From IMG/VR virus record IMGVR_UViG_2602041905_000007: a DNA stretch of 6,262 nt; one strand, written 5' to 3'. Position numbers and translations under genes: made by a program. The notes under the pieces were generated by a model that had not been told where the DNA came from, searched no databases, and saw only the letters and a program-made list of their open reading frames with translations. The stretch comes from a virus (lineage: Duplodnaviria; Heunggongvirae; Uroviricota; Caudoviricetes). This document shows, piece after piece, positions 5,843-6,262 of this stretch (positions within the stretch are counted from its first letter, which is position 1; each line of letters begins with the position of its first letter).

Positions 5843-6262
5843 ATGGGATTGTTTACGACCCGCCAGTTACTCGGTTATACCGAACAAAAAGTTAAATTTC
5901 GTGCGCTGTTTCTGGAGCTGTTTTTCCGCCGTACGGTGAATTTCCATACCGAAGAGGTGATGCTGGACAAAATTACCGGAAAAACGCCGGTGGCGGCCTA
6001 TGTCTCCCCGGTTGTTGAAGGAAAAGTGCTGCGTCATCGTGGTGGTGAAACCCGCGTGTTGCGTCCGGGCTACGTCAAGCCGAAACACGAATTTAATTAC
6101 CAGCAGGCGGTTGAGCGCCTTCCTGGTGAAGATCCATCTCAACTGAATGATCCGGCTTACCGCCGTCTGCGTATCATTACCGATAACCTCAAACAGGAAG
6201 AGCACGCGATTGTCCAGGTGGAAGAAATGCAGGCGGTAAATGCTGTGTTGTATGGCAAATAC
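5843..6262 (+). CDS. E: Major capsid protein (lambda gpE-like), N-terminal 140 codons; continues beyond the window
   Basis: ATG at 5843 with AAGGA 7 nt upstream; open to the window end. The translation MGLFTTRQLLGYTEQKVKFRALFLELFFRR…AAYVSPVVEGKVLRHRGGE…PGYVKPKHEFN…DPAYRRLRII…EEHAIVQVEEMQAVNAVLYGKY closely parallels the lambda gpE N-terminus. Confidence 0.9.
   Translation, partial: MGLFTTRQLLGYTEQKVKFRALFLELFFRRTVNFHTEEVMLDKITGKTPVAAYVSPVVEGKVLRHRGGETRVLRPGYVKPKHEFNYQQAVERLPGEDPSQLNDPAYRRLRIITDNLKQEEHAIVQVEEMQAVNAVLYGKY

Noticed and set aside
5417-6205. Minus-strand ORFs 5417-5788, 5454-5702 and 5867-6205 opposite the gpD-like and gpE-like genes
   Set aside because: Antisense to clearly homologous decoration and capsid genes; no supporting signals.

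Overview
The whole window is a '+'-strand, tightly packed head-morphogenesis module of a lambda-like (lambdoid siphovirus) phage or prophage, in the canonical lambda order: terminase large subunit C-terminal part (gpA-like), head-tail joining protein (gpW-like), portal (gpB-like), head protease/scaffold (gpC-like with a nested Nu3-like scaffold frame), decoration protein (gpD-like) and the first 140 codons of the major capsid protein (gpE-like). Homology calls rest on my recollection of the lambda protein sequences compared with the supplied translations; no search was run. Three runs of 10 N (978-987, 2311-2320, 4148-4157) break the sequence. The first two are each flanked by an imperfect direct duplication (about 457 bp at roughly 98% identity, and about 627 bp at roughly 95%), which I read as unmerged contig overlaps from two related lambdoid alleles rather than real tandem duplications. 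The third N-run hides part of the gpC-like gene. I see no tRNA, CRISPR array, transposase, integrase or accessory cargo gene, and no evidence of a novel defence or other undescribed system; the most interesting real signals are a triplicated scaffold motif in the gpC/Nu3 C-terminal domain and a perfect 22-bp palindrome between the D-like and E-like genes.
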